Of a stretch of 64,000 nucleotides of DNA, positions 18,884 to 29,640 are shown in pieces (positions within the stretch are counted from its first letter, which is position 1; every line of letters starts with the position of its first letter). This DNA comes from a virus, in IMG/VR virus record IMGVR_UViG_3300044833_000182, positions 1 to 64,000 of that record, one strand, 5' to 3'. The position numbers and the translations under genes are program-made. The notes under the pieces were generated by a model. The model saw only the letters and a program-made list of their open reading frames with translations. It ran no database searches and was not told where the DNA came from.

Positions 18884-19492
18884 TTATTTCTTGACGCCCA
18901 TTCTGCGACAGGTATCCAGGAACAGCGGTTCCTTCCAGAGTTCGTAGGCGTCCGCGTCAAGACCACAGGCCTTGCGAAAGTATTCGGCAAGCTTGAGGGA
19001 GTTGAACGACCGTTCCTTATCTCTTTGGACGATGCCGATTACCCCAAGGCGATAGGCAACCTCAAGGAGAAGGAGTTTTTGCTCATGGGTTGGCGAGGCA
19101 GGCTTGTCGGCAAGGGCGTAACTGATGGCTGCTGCGGCTTCTTCCGTCTTGCCTTGATCGAGCAATGCGAGACCCTCCGCAAGGCGCCGTCGCGACTTTT
19201 CCTCCCACTCTTTGTTGGGGTGTAGCGGGACGGGTGGTTTGACGGGCGGCTCAGCCTTTACGGGCGCCGGTTTCACGGCTGGCGGGATTCTGGGCTTGCC
19301 AGCAACGACCGGCGGCGGCGCAGAGCGAGAGAGGAAGATGTAGGCGATGCTCCCGCCCACGCCCAGCGCCAGGAGCAGGGCAATCACGGCAAGGAGCCAG
19401 ACCGCAGCGGAAGGGCCACCGCTTTTAGGCCGGCGGCGACGAGGGAGCGATTCCTCCTCCGGTTCGGTGAAGTCAAGCGGGTTGTCGGGCAT
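18884..19492 (-). CDS. Antisense moron: single-pass membrane protein with Pro linker and helical domain
   Basis: GGAGG RBS; VWLLAVIALLLALGVGGSIAYIFL TM segment. Confidence 0.7.
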   Translation of the reverse strand: MPDNPLDFTEPEEESLPRRRRPKSGGPSAAVWLLAVIALLLALGVGGSIAYIFLSRSAPPPVVAGKPRIPPAVKPAPVKAEPPVKPPVPLHPNKEWEEKSRRRLAEGLALLDQGKTEEAAAAISYALADKPASPTHEQKLLLLEVAYRLGVIGIVQRDKERSFNSLKLAEYFRKACGLDADAYELWKEPLFLDTCRRMGVKK

Positions 19493-19585
19493 CGCAGCGG
19501 CCTCCAGGGGTGTACAGGTCCACTGACATGATCGGGCGCCGCAGGACGGCAGGCAAGGGAAAAGAGGATCGAGGCGTGACAGGTC

Positions 19586-20305
19586 ATGCAGTTGAAGTGC
19601 GGCAACTATGCGTTCGACCCGAATTCCACCCTCCTGACGGGCGAAGTGGAGACGTTGTGGAACGCCGGGGGCCAGCCTTACGCTCAGAAAAGGAGCTTGC
19701 ACGTCCAGGGGTATATCAACGTCAACGGGCAGGACGACGCCATCCAGAAGGTAAGCGCCCTGGCAACGGCGCTTGCCGTGCCGTTTCAGGACATTATCTT
19801 TTTCGCCGACGACGGGACGCCGACGGAATTGCGCCTCCAGAACATCGGCAGCATCACGGGGGTTCACGTCCGGGACCTGAAGTTTCCCGAGACGAAAGGG
19901 CCCGAGTACGTCTCGATCCGGAGTTTCGAGTTCCGCGCGGAAGCGGAATACCCGCTGCAAGGCAGCAGTATTCTTTTGCTATTGTTCAAGGAGACGCTGA
20001 CCTTCTGGGGGGGCGGGCCGATTTACAAGCACCGCATGGCGATCAACGGGCCGCCGCAGAAGCAGCTCGTCTACCCCCAGAGCGTGTATTACGCGACGCA
20101 GACGGGCGAGTTGACGGGCTACATCACCGCCCGGCTTCCCCCCGGCCCCATCTGGCCGAGCGCCCTGATGCACGCCCCGCGCAAGACCGATGCGGCGCCG
20201 GAGCGGCGCAGCTTCGGGAACTACTCGGGCGAGAAGATCACCTGGCAATACGACTTCGAGAGCGCCGCGCCGCTGGTTGCCAGGCCCAATTTTTGGATAA
20301 AGTAG
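19586..20305 (+). CDS. Tail-tip protein (distal tail-like)
   Basis: Position after tape measure. Confidence 0.5.
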   Translation: MQLKCGNYAFDPNSTLLTGEVETLWNAGGQPYAQKRSLHVQGYINVNGQDDAIQKVSALATALAVPFQDIIFFADDGTPTELRLQNIGSITGVHVRDLKFPETKGPEYVSIRSFEFRAEAEYPLQGSSILLLLFKETLTFWGGGPIYKHRMAINGPPQKQLVYPQSVYYATQTGELTGYITARLPPGPIWPSALMHAPRKTDAAPERRSFGNYSGEKITWQYDFESAAPLVARPNFWIK

Positions 20306-20312
20306 GTGGCAA

Positions 20313-20609
20313 ATGAAGACGCGCGTCGAGATCGAGGAATGGGCAACGGCGCTGCGGCATCAGGTTCAGCAACTGGAGTGGCAAAAGCTGTCGCTGGGCG
20401 ATCGGCGAGATGCGGACGGACTTGATGACCTTGAAGAGTTGCTTGCCGCGCGACGATCGCGGCTCGAAGTCCTGGAGTGGATGCTTGCTCCGTCGCTGCG
20501 TCTGGCTCCCGACAACAGCCTGACGATGCACGAGATGGAGCAGCGGATCAAGAGGAGCATTGACGAGATGGTCGCGAAACTGATTGCCGAAATCAAGGCG
20601 AGGGCGTGA
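20313..20609 (+). CDS. Hypothetical coiled-coil protein
   Basis: RBS, packed ORF. Confidence 0.55.
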   Translation: MKTRVEIEEWATALRHQVQQLEWQKLSLGDRRDADGLDDLEELLAARRSRLEVLEWMLAPSLRLAPDNSLTMHEMEQRIKRSIDEMVAKLIAEIKARA

Positions 20610-20610
20610 C

Positions 20611-22197
20611 ATGGCCATCATAAGTTGGCGCGGGGACGCCGCTGCGGTGGCCAAGGTGGTCAATTTGACCGTCGGCGGCCAGCCTCTGCCCGGCGACGTG
20701 TTCGCCGTGCCGATGAACGGCAAGACCGTCCAGTACGTCGAAGGCGCGACGGCCACAATCGCCGACGTGGTCGCGGGCCTGCAAACGGCGCTTGCCGCTA
20801 GCGTGATCGCGGAGTTCCAGGAGGTGACGTGGACCGCGGCTAGCCCTGCCGTCGCCGGCACGGCCGCCGCCGCTGGCGTTCCCTTCACGGTTTCCTCGCT
20901 GGTGCTGACGCCGGCCAACCTCGCCGTGCCCGTACAGAGCGCGACCAGCGGTACAACAGGCGGGACGTTGACGAACGGCACGACGTATTTTTACGTCGTG
21001 ACCGCCACAAACTCAAATGGGGAAACGACTAAGAGCAACCAGCAGTCCTACGCGGCGACCACGCTGAACCCAACGGCAGTGCTGACGTGGGCAGTGGTTC
21101 CCGGAGCGGCCGGCTACAAGGTCTACCGCAGCACGACGAGCAACACTTACGGGGCAACTTCGCTGCTCGCCACGATCGGTAGCGGCGCGACCGTGACTTA
21201 CAACGACACCGGCACGGCGACCGGAGCAGGCCAGCCACCGGGATCGAACGGCGCGAGCAGTACGGCGACCTTCGTTCTCTCGACGCCGACGGCCAGCAGC
21301 GGGCCGAACGACGTGAGCGTACCGGCGAACTACAGCACGGGCAGCCTGCCCGTCAACGGCGATTCGCTCTACATCCAAAACACGGCCAGCAGCCTGCTCT
21401 ACGGCCTGTCGGCGCTGTCGGGGGTGACGCTAACGCTGCTGGTGATCGACAGCACGTTCACCGGAACGATTGGCCTGCCGCAGTGGAACACGCTGGGATA
21501 TTGGGAGTACCGACCTCTCTATTTCCAGGTGGGGGCAACGACGTTCAACGTCCTGCCCGGTCCGGGCGGCGGCAGCGGCTTCAAGCAGATCAACCTGGGA
21601 AGCGTCCAGACCACGGCGAATGTCGCCGACGTGGGCACACCAGGGCAGCAGGGCCGGCCGGCGCTCACGCTGCTGGGGACGCATGCAGCCAACGTGCTGA
21701 ACCTCACCCAAGGCAACGTGGGTTCCGCGATCGACCCGGGCGATGTCAGCACCTGGGTAACGGTGAACATCGGCTACCAGTCGAGCCAGCCCAATGACGT
21801 GACGCTCTTGCTCGGGAGCGGCTGTACGCTCACGACCATTAACCAGGACGGCGGCAACCTGACCTACCAGTCGGCGCTGACTACCTACCTGGGGTATGCG
21901 GGGAAATGCAAAGTCCTGGGAACCGCCGCAACTACCATCCTGAATGCTCAGAGCGCAATGGTGTCCTACCAGAGCAGTGGCACGGTGACGACGGCGACGG
22001 CCGGCGCAAGCGGGACGATTGATTGCTCGCCAGACCCCCGCGGCCGGATATTCACCAACACCACGATTTACGGGGAACTGATCGATCCTGACCACACGGT
22101 GACTCACACCAATCCGGTTAGTTGCCCGAACGGCATCGGCGGACCGAACGGCGCAACGATCAACTGGGGCACGAATTTCTCGATCCAGAGGAGTTGA
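20611..22197 (+). CDS. Virion structural protein with FN3-like and beta-helix-like regions
   Basis: YFYVVTATNSNGET, LTWAVVPGAAGYKVYRST; Thr/Gly rich. Confidence 0.65.
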   Translation: MAIISWRGDAAAVAKVVNLTVGGQPLPGDVFAVPMNGKTVQYVEGATATIADVVAGLQTALAASVIAEFQEVTWTAASPAVAGTAAAAGVPFTVSSLVLTPANLAVPVQSATSGTTGGTLTNGTTYFYVVTATNSNGETTKSNQQSYAATTLNPTAVLTWAVVPGAAGYKVYRSTTSNTYGATSLLATIGSGATVTYNDTGTATGAGQPPGSNGASSTATFVLSTPTASSGPNDVSVPANYSTGSLPVNGDSLYIQNTASSLLYGLSALSGVTLTLLVIDSTFTGTIGLPQWNTLGYWEYRPLYFQVGATTFNVLPGPGGGSGFKQINLGSVQTTANVADVGTPGQQGRPALTLLGTHAANVLNLTQGNVGSAIDPGDVSTWVTVNIGYQSSQPNDVTLLLGSGCTLTTINQDGGNLTYQSALTTYLGYAGKCKVLGTAATTILNAQSAMVSYQSSGTVTTATAGASGTIDCSPDPRGRIFTNTTIYGELIDPDHTVTHTNPVSCPNGIGGPNGATINWGTNFSIQRS

Positions 22198-22198
22198 C

Positions 22199-22411
22199 AT
22201 GGAAGAGTTGCTGAAAGAGCTGGGGAAAAGGTATTCCCGTCTCACGGTGGAAAGCATAACGATTCGCGGCGATGGAAAAGAGCCGGTTGAGATCGACGTG
22301 GATTTCATCGAGCCTTGCACCTGTTCGCCCGAATGCCCTCCTGCCTGTCGCGGCGGTTGCGGCTCCAAGGGTTGTCTTCAAGCGTACAGCGACTTTCTCA
22401 GTGGAGAGTAA
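22199..22411 (+). CDS. Small Cys-rich protein
   Basis: GAGGAG RBS; CTCSPEC..CRGGCGSKGC. Confidence 0.5.
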   Translation: MEELLKELGKRYSRLTVESITIRGDGKEPVEIDVDFIEPCTCSPECPPACRGGCGSKGCLQAYSDFLSGE

Positions 22412-22413
22412 TC

Positions 22414-24273
22414 GTGGCTCGCGGCGGCGTCATTCATGGCACAGTCTCTTTTCCCGGCGTTATTGCCGTGGAAAGTGCTACCTATACCATCTCACATGGT
22501 GTAAGTCCAGGTACAGCCGTCCTGCGCGTGACGCCGCAGCCGACCTCGCCCGCCTCGTTCGGAACTCTCGTCATCAGCGACGGGCAAGGGACGATCGTGA
22601 TTCCCGGGTGCCGGCTGGACGCGCTCAAGACGCATCAGGACGAATCGGGCGTGTACTGGACGCTGGAGATCGTTGACCGGCGGTGGCGATGGCGGGAACT
22701 GGGCTCCCTCAGCGGGTGCTACAACCAACTCGACCCGTTCGGGAAGCTCATTCCCTGGACGATCCGCAGCCCAAAGGAACTGGCGACGATCTGCCTGGAA
22801 GCGATGGGCGAGACGAACTACATCCTCGACTTCCCGGCCGGGTTGAACTATCCCGGTCCGTTCACCAGCAGTCCAATAGTCAACATAACGGGGGCGAATC
22901 CTCCCGTAAACTGGGACGGCGTCCCCCCTGCACAGGCGCTGCAACAGCTTGCGGATCAATACAGCTTGAGGGTTATTTATCAGCTCGCGAAGGACCGCAT
23001 CCTCGTGTCTACTGCCGGCATCGGCGGCCCTCTGCCGAAGGGGAGCCTCCACCGGCAGGGGCCGTCGCTCAAGAGCCCGGAGACGCCGGACTCGATCGCC
23101 GTGCTGGGAGCGGCGACGAAGTATCAGGTGCGACTTGTATTCCGCGCCGTCGGGGAGGACTGGGACCACAGCTATCGACTGCTGGACGATCTGAGCTACG
23201 CGCCGTCGCAAAAAGAGGGTGGCTGGACGACGTGTTTTCCGCCGATGTTCAGCGTGGATCTGTCGGGCAAGAGCACGGCGGGAGTTCAGGCAACCGACCG
23301 TCTTACTGTCGCTGATGCGCTGAAACTGGCCCAGCGGTCGGTCTACAAGACCTACCAGCTCGTCAACGTCGCGGGGGACATGAGCCCTGGCATCGCCGTC
23401 CCCGGAATCACGGGTAGGCTGCTTCGCAAGGAACAGGTGATCCTGCAAGACACGCAGGTCGATCAGATCGTGCCCGCGGCGAACGACCCTGGGCTGATCG
23501 ACAAGGTGACTGGCCAGCCGATCACGGTGAACCTCTACAACGGCTACTCGCGGGACAAACCAGCGGCGGCCTACGGCGCGGCGCTGCTCAACGTGAATCA
23601 GGGCGTCTGGTACAAGAAGATCGCGGCAGCGGTCAACACCCGGTCCCAGGATCAGATTTTCGTTCCGTTCGCCCTGGACCCGGTGCGCTACTTGCTGACG
23701 TTCGGAGACTACGTCTTTCAGCAAGTCGATGGAAAGTGCTTCCCGCCGATCGTCCAGCTTCAAACGGGGATTCAGGTCCGCGATGCGCTGACCAACGCGC
23801 CCATTTGCTATTTCCAGGTGCTGCCGCTGGGCGCCGGTGCGGGGACCAATCCCAGAGTCTACAACCATCCCGACGTGCAGCTCAACATCACCTGCTCGTT
23901 CAACAGCGTCGGCATGCCGGAAGCCGTGCAGATTCTGGAGGCTGATCCGCTGCTGCGGGCCACTTCCTACCTTCAGGCGCACCTGCTGGAGTACCTGCCC
24001 TCAGGTGGGCAGATCCTCGATTATAACGGCATCATTCGCATCGACCTGGACGGGGCGATCCAGCAAGTCACTTGGAGCGTCGGCGACGACGGCGCAACCA
24101 CGACGGCGAGCGTCAACACCGAGCATTCGCCGTGGATTCCGCCGTATCCCGTGAGGCGGCGCGCGGAGTTCCTGCCGCCAGTCTTGCAGCCGCGGATCGG
24201 GGCGCCACGGGTGAACATGCCGGCGCCGGGCGCCGGTCCTGGCAGCGATTCGCTGTTTGGAGGAGGAGCATGA
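22414..24273 (+). CDS. Tail hub/baseplate-like protein
   Basis: Position and size. Confidence 0.55.
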   Translation: MARGGVIHGTVSFPGVIAVESATYTISHGVSPGTAVLRVTPQPTSPASFGTLVISDGQGTIVIPGCRLDALKTHQDESGVYWTLEIVDRRWRWRELGSLSGCYNQLDPFGKLIPWTIRSPKELATICLEAMGETNYILDFPAGLNYPGPFTSSPIVNITGANPPVNWDGVPPAQALQQLADQYSLRVIYQLAKDRILVSTAGIGGPLPKGSLHRQGPSLKSPETPDSIAVLGAATKYQVRLVFRAVGEDWDHSYRLLDDLSYAPSQKEGGWTTCFPPMFSVDLSGKSTAGVQATDRLTVADALKLAQRSVYKTYQLVNVAGDMSPGIAVPGITGRLLRKEQVILQDTQVDQIVPAANDPGLIDKVTGQPITVNLYNGYSRDKPAAAYGAALLNVNQGVWYKKIAAAVNTRSQDQIFVPFALDPVRYLLTFGDYVFQQVDGKCFPPIVQLQTGIQVRDALTNAPICYFQVLPLGAGAGTNPRVYNHPDVQLNITCSFNSVGMPEAVQILEADPLLRATSYLQAHLLEYLPSGGQILDYNGIIRIDLDGAIQQVTWSVGDDGATTTASVNTEHSPWIPPYPVRRRAEFLPPVLQPRIGAPRVNMPAPGAGPGSDSLFGGGA

Positions 24274-25475
24274 TCCCCTCTCAGCAGCAGAATCACGGCC
24301 GGGGTTACACGCCGGAGATACGCTGGGTGGGCGTGAAGAACACCGACGCGACGGCCGCGCCACCATATGCCGTCATGGGCGTGACCGGGGTGAGCGACGA
24401 TGGGGCCGTGCTGGTTGCCAGGCCGACGGGCAACGCGCAGGCGTACCTGATCAACAGTGGCGGTACGATTGCGGCGGGGGCCTGCGGGCAGGGACACAAC
24501 ACCTATCCGGCCATCGTGGCCTATGACACGGACGCAACTCCACCGGCGGCCACGCAAACCTGGGGACCGGTTGCGAACTCGTGGACGCTGGACCCAACCG
24601 GCGCCGGCTTCATGATTCTCGGGGGAAGCAGTAGTGGCTTGACGACGGCGATGACGGAGGGCGGCGGCGGGAGTCTGAATGGGATGTGGTGGGTGCGCAT
24701 CCTTTGCGCTGCCGTTGGTCCCAGCGGCTACCCCGGGCTCGTGCAGAGCTACGACAGCGACACCGAGACCTACGAGGACGTCAACGGCGTCTCGGTGACG
24801 TTCTACCCCTCCATCACGAGCGGCGTCCACACGGTCACGCCCAGCAGCCTCACGGGGATCGCGATCGGCACGCCATTCATGCTGATCGACGGGCTGTGCA
24901 ACTCGCAGGTGATCACGCCCACGGCGATATCGGGGGCGAACTTCACGGCGAACTTCACGGATGCCGCGACGGCACACGGCATCAGCAGCGTCACGATGAC
25001 GAACCCCGGTAGCGGTTACGCTGGCAGCGGCATCCCGCCCACGGTGAGCTTCACGGGCGGCGGCGGCTCGGGCGCGACGGGAACGGCCGTCCTCGACGCG
25101 CTCACGTTGGACACAGTCGCCAGCGTAACCATCACGAATCCCGGGAAGGATTACACCAGCGTTCCCACGGTGGTTTTCAACAACAGCGGCACGTCGGGAT
25201 CTGGAGCGGCAGGCACGGCGGTCGTCAGCGGGCCGATCAAGATTTATCTCTCGGCGGTGTGGGTGCAGTTCGTGCCCGGCACGAGCCTGTTCACGCCCGC
25301 GGCGGTGGACGTGTCCCTCCCCGTGGTTCGCCTGGCGCGGCAAGAAGAGAACGCACCGGACGGGATCGCGGTGTACGTGGCGCCGGCCGGGCAGACGTTT
25401 ATCGCGAACTGCACGGACGGGAGCAGTTTCACCGTGTTTGATGGACGAATAGTTCAGAATACTCCGGCCCCATGA
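24270..25475 (+). CDS. Tail fibre-like protein
   Basis: SVT(M/I)TNPG..Y...PTV.F.GGGGSGA repeats. Confidence 0.6.
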   Translation: MIPSQQQNHGRGYTPEIRWVGVKNTDATAAPPYAVMGVTGVSDDGAVLVARPTGNAQAYLINSGGTIAAGACGQGHNTYPAIVAYDTDATPPAATQTWGPVANSWTLDPTGAGFMILGGSSSGLTTAMTEGGGGSLNGMWWVRILCAAVGPSGYPGLVQSYDSDTETYEDVNGVSVTFYPSITSGVHTVTPSSLTGIAIGTPFMLIDGLCNSQVITPTAISGANFTANFTDAATAHGISSVTMTNPGSGYAGSGIPPTVSFTGGGGSGATGTAVLDALTLDTVASVTITNPGKDYTSVPTVVFNNSGTSGSGAAGTAVVSGPIKIYLSAVWVQFVPGTSLFTPAAVDVSLPVVRLARQEENAPDGIAVYVAPAGQTFIANCTDGSSFTVFDGRIVQNTPAP

Positions 25476-25489
25476 GCCATTGATAAAGA

Positions 25490-25885
25490 ATGATACCAAT
25501 CATCAACGCCTGTTTGTGCGCAGGCCAGCCGGGACCGCCGAATCCCTGTCCCGGGCAGACGATACCCAATGGGCTCACGCTGACGGTGACGAATTATGGG
25601 GGGGCATGGAGTACCTCGACTCCTTTTGGGCCCATCGGAACGACGTATGCGATCACGGGTACACCCTACCTCTGGACGGCATCCGTTGGATCGCCCCCGC
25701 CGGGATCGCCGAATTTCAACCTCTACAGCGCCAACAGCCCGGGGACGGGAAATTGGGGATGGGACATGAACCTGACTGCCGGGCAGTTTACCTTTATCAG
25801 TTGCCCGCCGTCGCTCTTCCTGGGGCTGTTCTTTCAGTCGCCCTTCTCTGGTAGTGATTTCGCCGAGTTCACGGTGAGTCCATGA
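25490..25885 (+). CDS. Hypothetical tail-associated protein
   Basis: Packed ORF. Confidence 0.5.
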   Translation: MIPIINACLCAGQPGPPNPCPGQTIPNGLTLTVTNYGGAWSTSTPFGPIGTTYAITGTPYLWTASVGSPPPGSPNFNLYSANSPGTGNWGWDMNLTAGQFTFISCPPSLFLGLFFQSPFSGSDFAEFTVSP

Positions 25886-26067
25886 GACGCTCCTGCGAGT
25901 GTGGCAACGTGGAGGCGTGCGGCGTCTGCCGGCTGTGGGCCGACCCGGCGCGGGCGGCGCTGCTGGCGCAGGTTCCCGACGTGGAGGAGTTCAGGCGGCG
26001 GAAGGGGCGGCCGGTCATCAATAAACCCCGTCTGTCGTTCGACCAGCGAGCCGAGCGGAAGCGCTGA
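25882..26067 (+). CDS. Small Cys-containing protein
   Basis: ATGA overlap; CECG..CGVC. Confidence 0.45.
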   Translation: MRRSCECGNVEACGVCRLWADPARAALLAQVPDVEEFRRRKGRPVINKPRLSFDQRAERKR

Positions 26068-26187
26068 TGGGAGAAGAAGGAGATGGGCGTGCCCTGTCCG
26101 CCCGCCCCGCCGGCGCAGGCGGAAGCGGCGGCCGGCGAGTGAAAGGAGAGCGAGAATGTCCGGAGAATTCGCGAGGGAGGCAGCGCC

Positions 26188-28284
26188 ATGAAGCGCGTGT
26201 GCGAAACAATGGGCGGCCTCGGCGGGCTGTCGGACATGATTGCCCTGAACGCGGGGCAGGCGGCGCCAACTCCGCCCCTGCTCCTGGCGCTGCAGGCAGC
26301 TGGTCTGTACGCCTACATCCCGGCGGCCGGCAAGCTGTGGCAGGAGAGCAACGGTTCGCGCGTCACCCCCGCAGCGGCAGACGGCGACCCGGTGGGTGAA
26401 ATGGCCGAGTACACCGGAACGGGGCCGACCGCCCTGGCCGACTCGAACGCCGCAAGGGCTGTTCTGCGCGTCCGGGGCGGCCTGCGCTGGCTGGAAGTGG
26501 ACGGCGTGGACGACGCCTACTCGATGGGCAACGCCATTTTGCAGGACAACAACGCCTCGGTGAGTTACTTCGCGGCGCACAACCCGACCAGCACCACGGG
26601 CACGGGCGTCCGGATGCTGCTCAGCAAGGGCCATTACGTCGATCCCTACACCGAATGGGGCGCGTTTGGCCTCGCCGACGGAGTGCTGCGGGTTGAGTTT
26701 GGCATCTTCGCCCAGTTCCATCCCGACGCCGTACTGAACCGAGCCGCCGGGTTTGATTATGTGGACGACGTTCATAATGGAACGGCCCTCGATTGTTTCA
26801 TCAACGGAGTGCAGGACGGGGCGTCAGAGCCGGTGAGGGTAACGGGCGCCGACTCGCAGCCAATACGGCTGTTCCGGCAGGACCGCGGCCCCACCGTCTA
26901 CTACGCCGGCCGCTGCTATGGCATCGCGATTGGCCCGTTCGTGGCGGCCGGGGCAACGCGGGACAACGTGCGAACGCAAATGGGCGTCATCGCGGGGTTA
27001 CACCTCAACTACATGGCCTTTACTCCGGCCGCACTGCCCACGCTGGTTGCTGACTTCAACCCGCGCACCGGGGCGTATCAGGACTTCGCCGGGACCGTGC
27101 CGGTGACTGCCGACGGGCAGACCGTGGAATCCATCCGGAGCGGCTCGCTCAATGCAGTGGCGAACAACGCAGGCGCTTCTGCGGGTTTCGGCAAGGCGCT
27201 GCTCGCGGTCGGCACCATGTTTTCCGTTTCCGGGGCCGGGATCGACCGGCGCAATTTCAGCCTCCACCATGTGTTCCAGCCGGACGTGGTTGCCCGGGGG
27301 ACCGCGCCGCCCGGCTACGCCATGTTCGGCCTGGGCAGCGGCCAGAACGCCCAGATCAATCCGGCGGGGCAAATCCTCGTCAACGCGGGCGGCTCGGCCG
27401 TCGCCGGCAGCGTCCTGTTTCCGCCGGAACTGGCGGTGTTCGGCGTGGTCGCCAACGGCAGCAGCATTCAGGGGAGGTTCGACGGCGCCGCAGCGGACGC
27501 CCTGGCCGCCAACTTTGCCGCCGGGACCAGCGATCTGGACCTCTTCGGAGCGACGGGCGACCTGACCAATTACCTCACGGCCACCGTCTTCCGCACCGTG
27601 GTCTGTTCGCCGCGCCCGGCCGACGCCGATCTCGCCAAGCTCGAAGAGTACCTGCTGCGGAACTATCCGCCGATCAAGCTGGATCTGATGTCGGTTGGCG
27701 TGGTCACGCACGGCAACTCCCTCGTCGCCCAGATGGGGGTGGCGGCGATCATCACGGATCTCGGCGCAGGTTACGCGGGCAAGAACCGGGGCCTGGCGGG
27801 GCAGACGACGCCCATGATGATCGTCTCCGGCCCGGCCGACGCCGACCCGTACTTCGACGCCACCCGGTACGCCGGCAACGTGCTGGTCGCATGGGAGATC
27901 ACCAACGACATCCGCATCAACAACCCGAGTGCGGCCGTCGTGCTGGCGAACTATCGGGCCTACCGCGCCGCCCGCGAGGCGGTGTGGGGGGCGGGCAACG
28001 TCATCATGCTCGACTGCCTCCCGGCGACCGATTTGACCGTCGGCAACGGCAAGGAAACGACCCGCTTGGCCGTCAACAGCGGCCTGGCAAGCGAGTACTC
28101 GATTGCCACCGCCAATCCGCGCGTCTGGAAAAAGGCCGGGGGCGGACTGCTGGTCAAGGTGTCGGCCAACCCGTCGCTCACGGACCCGACCAACGTGATC
28201 TATTACGCGGACGGCTTGCACCTGACAACAGCCGGTTACGCGCTGGTCTCGGCGGACGTGGCGGCGGCAGTGCTGCTGCGATAA
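26188..28284 (+). CDS. Receptor-binding protein with LamG-like domains and C-terminal SGNH esterase
   Basis: HGNSL, NRGLAGQTT, EITND, DGLHL blocks. Confidence 0.7.
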   Translation: MKRVCETMGGLGGLSDMIALNAGQAAPTPPLLLALQAAGLYAYIPAAGKLWQESNGSRVTPAAADGDPVGEMAEYTGTGPTALADSNAARAVLRVRGGLRWLEVDGVDDAYSMGNAILQDNNASVSYFAAHNPTSTTGTGVRMLLSKGHYVDPYTEWGAFGLADGVLRVEFGIFAQFHPDAVLNRAAGFDYVDDVHNGTALDCFINGVQDGASEPVRVTGADSQPIRLFRQDRGPTVYYAGRCYGIAIGPFVAAGATRDNVRTQMGVIAGLHLNYMAFTPAALPTLVADFNPRTGAYQDFAGTVPVTADGQTVESIRSGSLNAVANNAGASAGFGKALLAVGTMFSVSGAGIDRRNFSLHHVFQPDVVARGTAPPGYAMFGLGSGQNAQINPAGQILVNAGGSAVAGSVLFPPELAVFGVVANGSSIQGRFDGAAADALAANFAAGTSDLDLFGATGDLTNYLTATVFRTVVCSPRPADADLAKLEEYLLRNYPPIKLDLMSVGVVTHGNSLVAQMGVAAIITDLGAGYAGKNRGLAGQTTPMMIVSGPADADPYFDATRYAGNVLVAWEITNDIRINNPSAAVVLANYRAYRAAREAVWGAGNVIMLDCLPATDLTVGNGKETTRLAVNSGLASEYSIATANPRVWKKAGGGLLVKVSANPSLTDPTNVIYYADGLHLTTAGYALVSADVAAAVLLR

Positions 28285-28298
28285 GGGGAGGAAAGACA

Positions 28299-28478
28299 AT
28301 GGCCAAGCGACAGATCAAGGCGGAAGCCCAGCCGGAAGTTCCTCAAGACAAAAGCCTCGCTGGCGTGTTTGGCGATCAAGTGCATCCCACCGAAGAGGGG
28401 TTCCGCATGATCGAGGAAGCCTTGGAGGCGATGAGGCAAAAAAGGACGAAGCGGGAGCGCCGGCGCTTGCGGTCTTAA
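28299..28478 (+). CDS. Hypothetical protein sharing its N-terminus with the next gene
   Basis: GGGGAGG RBS; MAKRQIKA. Confidence 0.55.
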   Translation: MAKRQIKAEAQPEVPQDKSLAGVFGDQVHPTEEGFRMIEEALEAMRQKRTKRERRRLRS

Positions 28479-28501
28479 TGAACACCTTCTGAGGAGTTGA
28501 T

Positions 28502-29632
28502 ATGGCAAAGCGACAAGTCAAGGCCGGTTCAACGTCCGTCATCCTGGGGGACGTGTTCCTTCAGGACAGCAGCAAGCAAGACGGCTCGGGACTACCCGGC
28601 ATCGTCTTCAACACAGCGGGGTTAACCTGCTACTACCACAGAAATACAGGCAGCACTGACGTTGCCGTGACGTTGGCGAACATGACTCTGGGCACGTTTA
28701 CCGCCAGCGGCTTCAAGGAAGTGAACGCAACGACCATGCCTGGCATTTACTCCTTCTGCCCTCCGGATCTGGCGCTTGCGGCCGGGGCGCAGATGGTGAC
28801 GTTCTACTTCAAGGGCGCGACTAACCTCGCCGTCGAACCGCTTGACGTTGAACTGACGGCGACCGACAACCAGGACGCCGTTCGCGGCGGCATGACGGCT
28901 CTCCCCAACGCGAACGCGGCGGCAGCGAACGGCCTGCTCGTCAACGGCGTCAACGTGGGGACGGTCACGCTCGCGGCTCTCACGGTGTCCGGGGCGACGG
29001 TGCTGACGGGCAACCTCTCCTGCGCGGCGGGGGTGACGATCACGCAGTCGGCCACCAACGCGAGCGCCCTCGTCGTCACGGGCAACGGCAGCGGGGACGC
29101 GGTGTTCGCAACGGGCGGGACGACCGGCAACGGGGCGACGTTCGCGGGCGGCGCGACCAGCGGCTACGGCGTGCGGATGCTGGGCAACGCCGCCCCCGGC
29201 CTCTACGCGGCGGGCGGCGGCGCCTTTGCGGGAATCTACGCCCTTGGCGGGATGACGGGGGCGGGGTTGCAGTGCGTCGGCGGCGCCACGTCGGGCGACG
29301 GGGCGGTCTTCACCGCCGCCGCTGGCAACGGCAACGGCGTCACGTTCGCCCACGCAGGCAGCGGTAAGGATCTCAACGCGACCACGACGCCGCTGACACT
29401 GACGGCAGGCGTCGTGCTGGCGCCCGCCGGCCTCGACGCCGTCGTGGTGGAGGCGGGATTGAACGCGAGGCAGGCGCTGTCGATCAATACCGCCGTGCTG
29501 GCCGGCGTACTGTCGGGCGCGGCGGGAACGTCCATCGTGATCTTCGGGGCGGGGGTCGCAACGCAGCGGCTGTCTGCTACGGTCGATTCCAGCGGCGACA
29601 GGATTGCTATTGTGTTGTCGCCGCCTGCTTAG
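28502..29632 (+). CDS. Gly/Ala-rich repetitive virion protein
   Basis: GG.T.G.G repeats. Confidence 0.6.
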   Translation: MAKRQVKAGSTSVILGDVFLQDSSKQDGSGLPGIVFNTAGLTCYYHRNTGSTDVAVTLANMTLGTFTASGFKEVNATTMPGIYSFCPPDLALAAGAQMVTFYFKGATNLAVEPLDVELTATDNQDAVRGGMTALPNANAAAANGLLVNGVNVGTVTLAALTVSGATVLTGNLSCAAGVTITQSATNASALVVTGNGSGDAVFATGGTTGNGATFAGGATSGYGVRMLGNAAPGLYAAGGGAFAGIYALGGMTGAGLQCVGGATSGDGAVFTAAAGNGNGVTFAHAGSGKDLNATTTPLTLTAGVVLAPAGLDAVVVEAGLNARQALSINTAVLAGVLSGAAGTSIVIFGAGVATQRLSATVDSSGDRIAIVLSPPA

Positions 29633-29640
29633 AGGAAGCC

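Noticed and set aside
20611-22197. Tail sheath (contractile tail)
   Set aside because: Only a short N-terminal resemblance; wrong position and no baseplate wedge genes recognised
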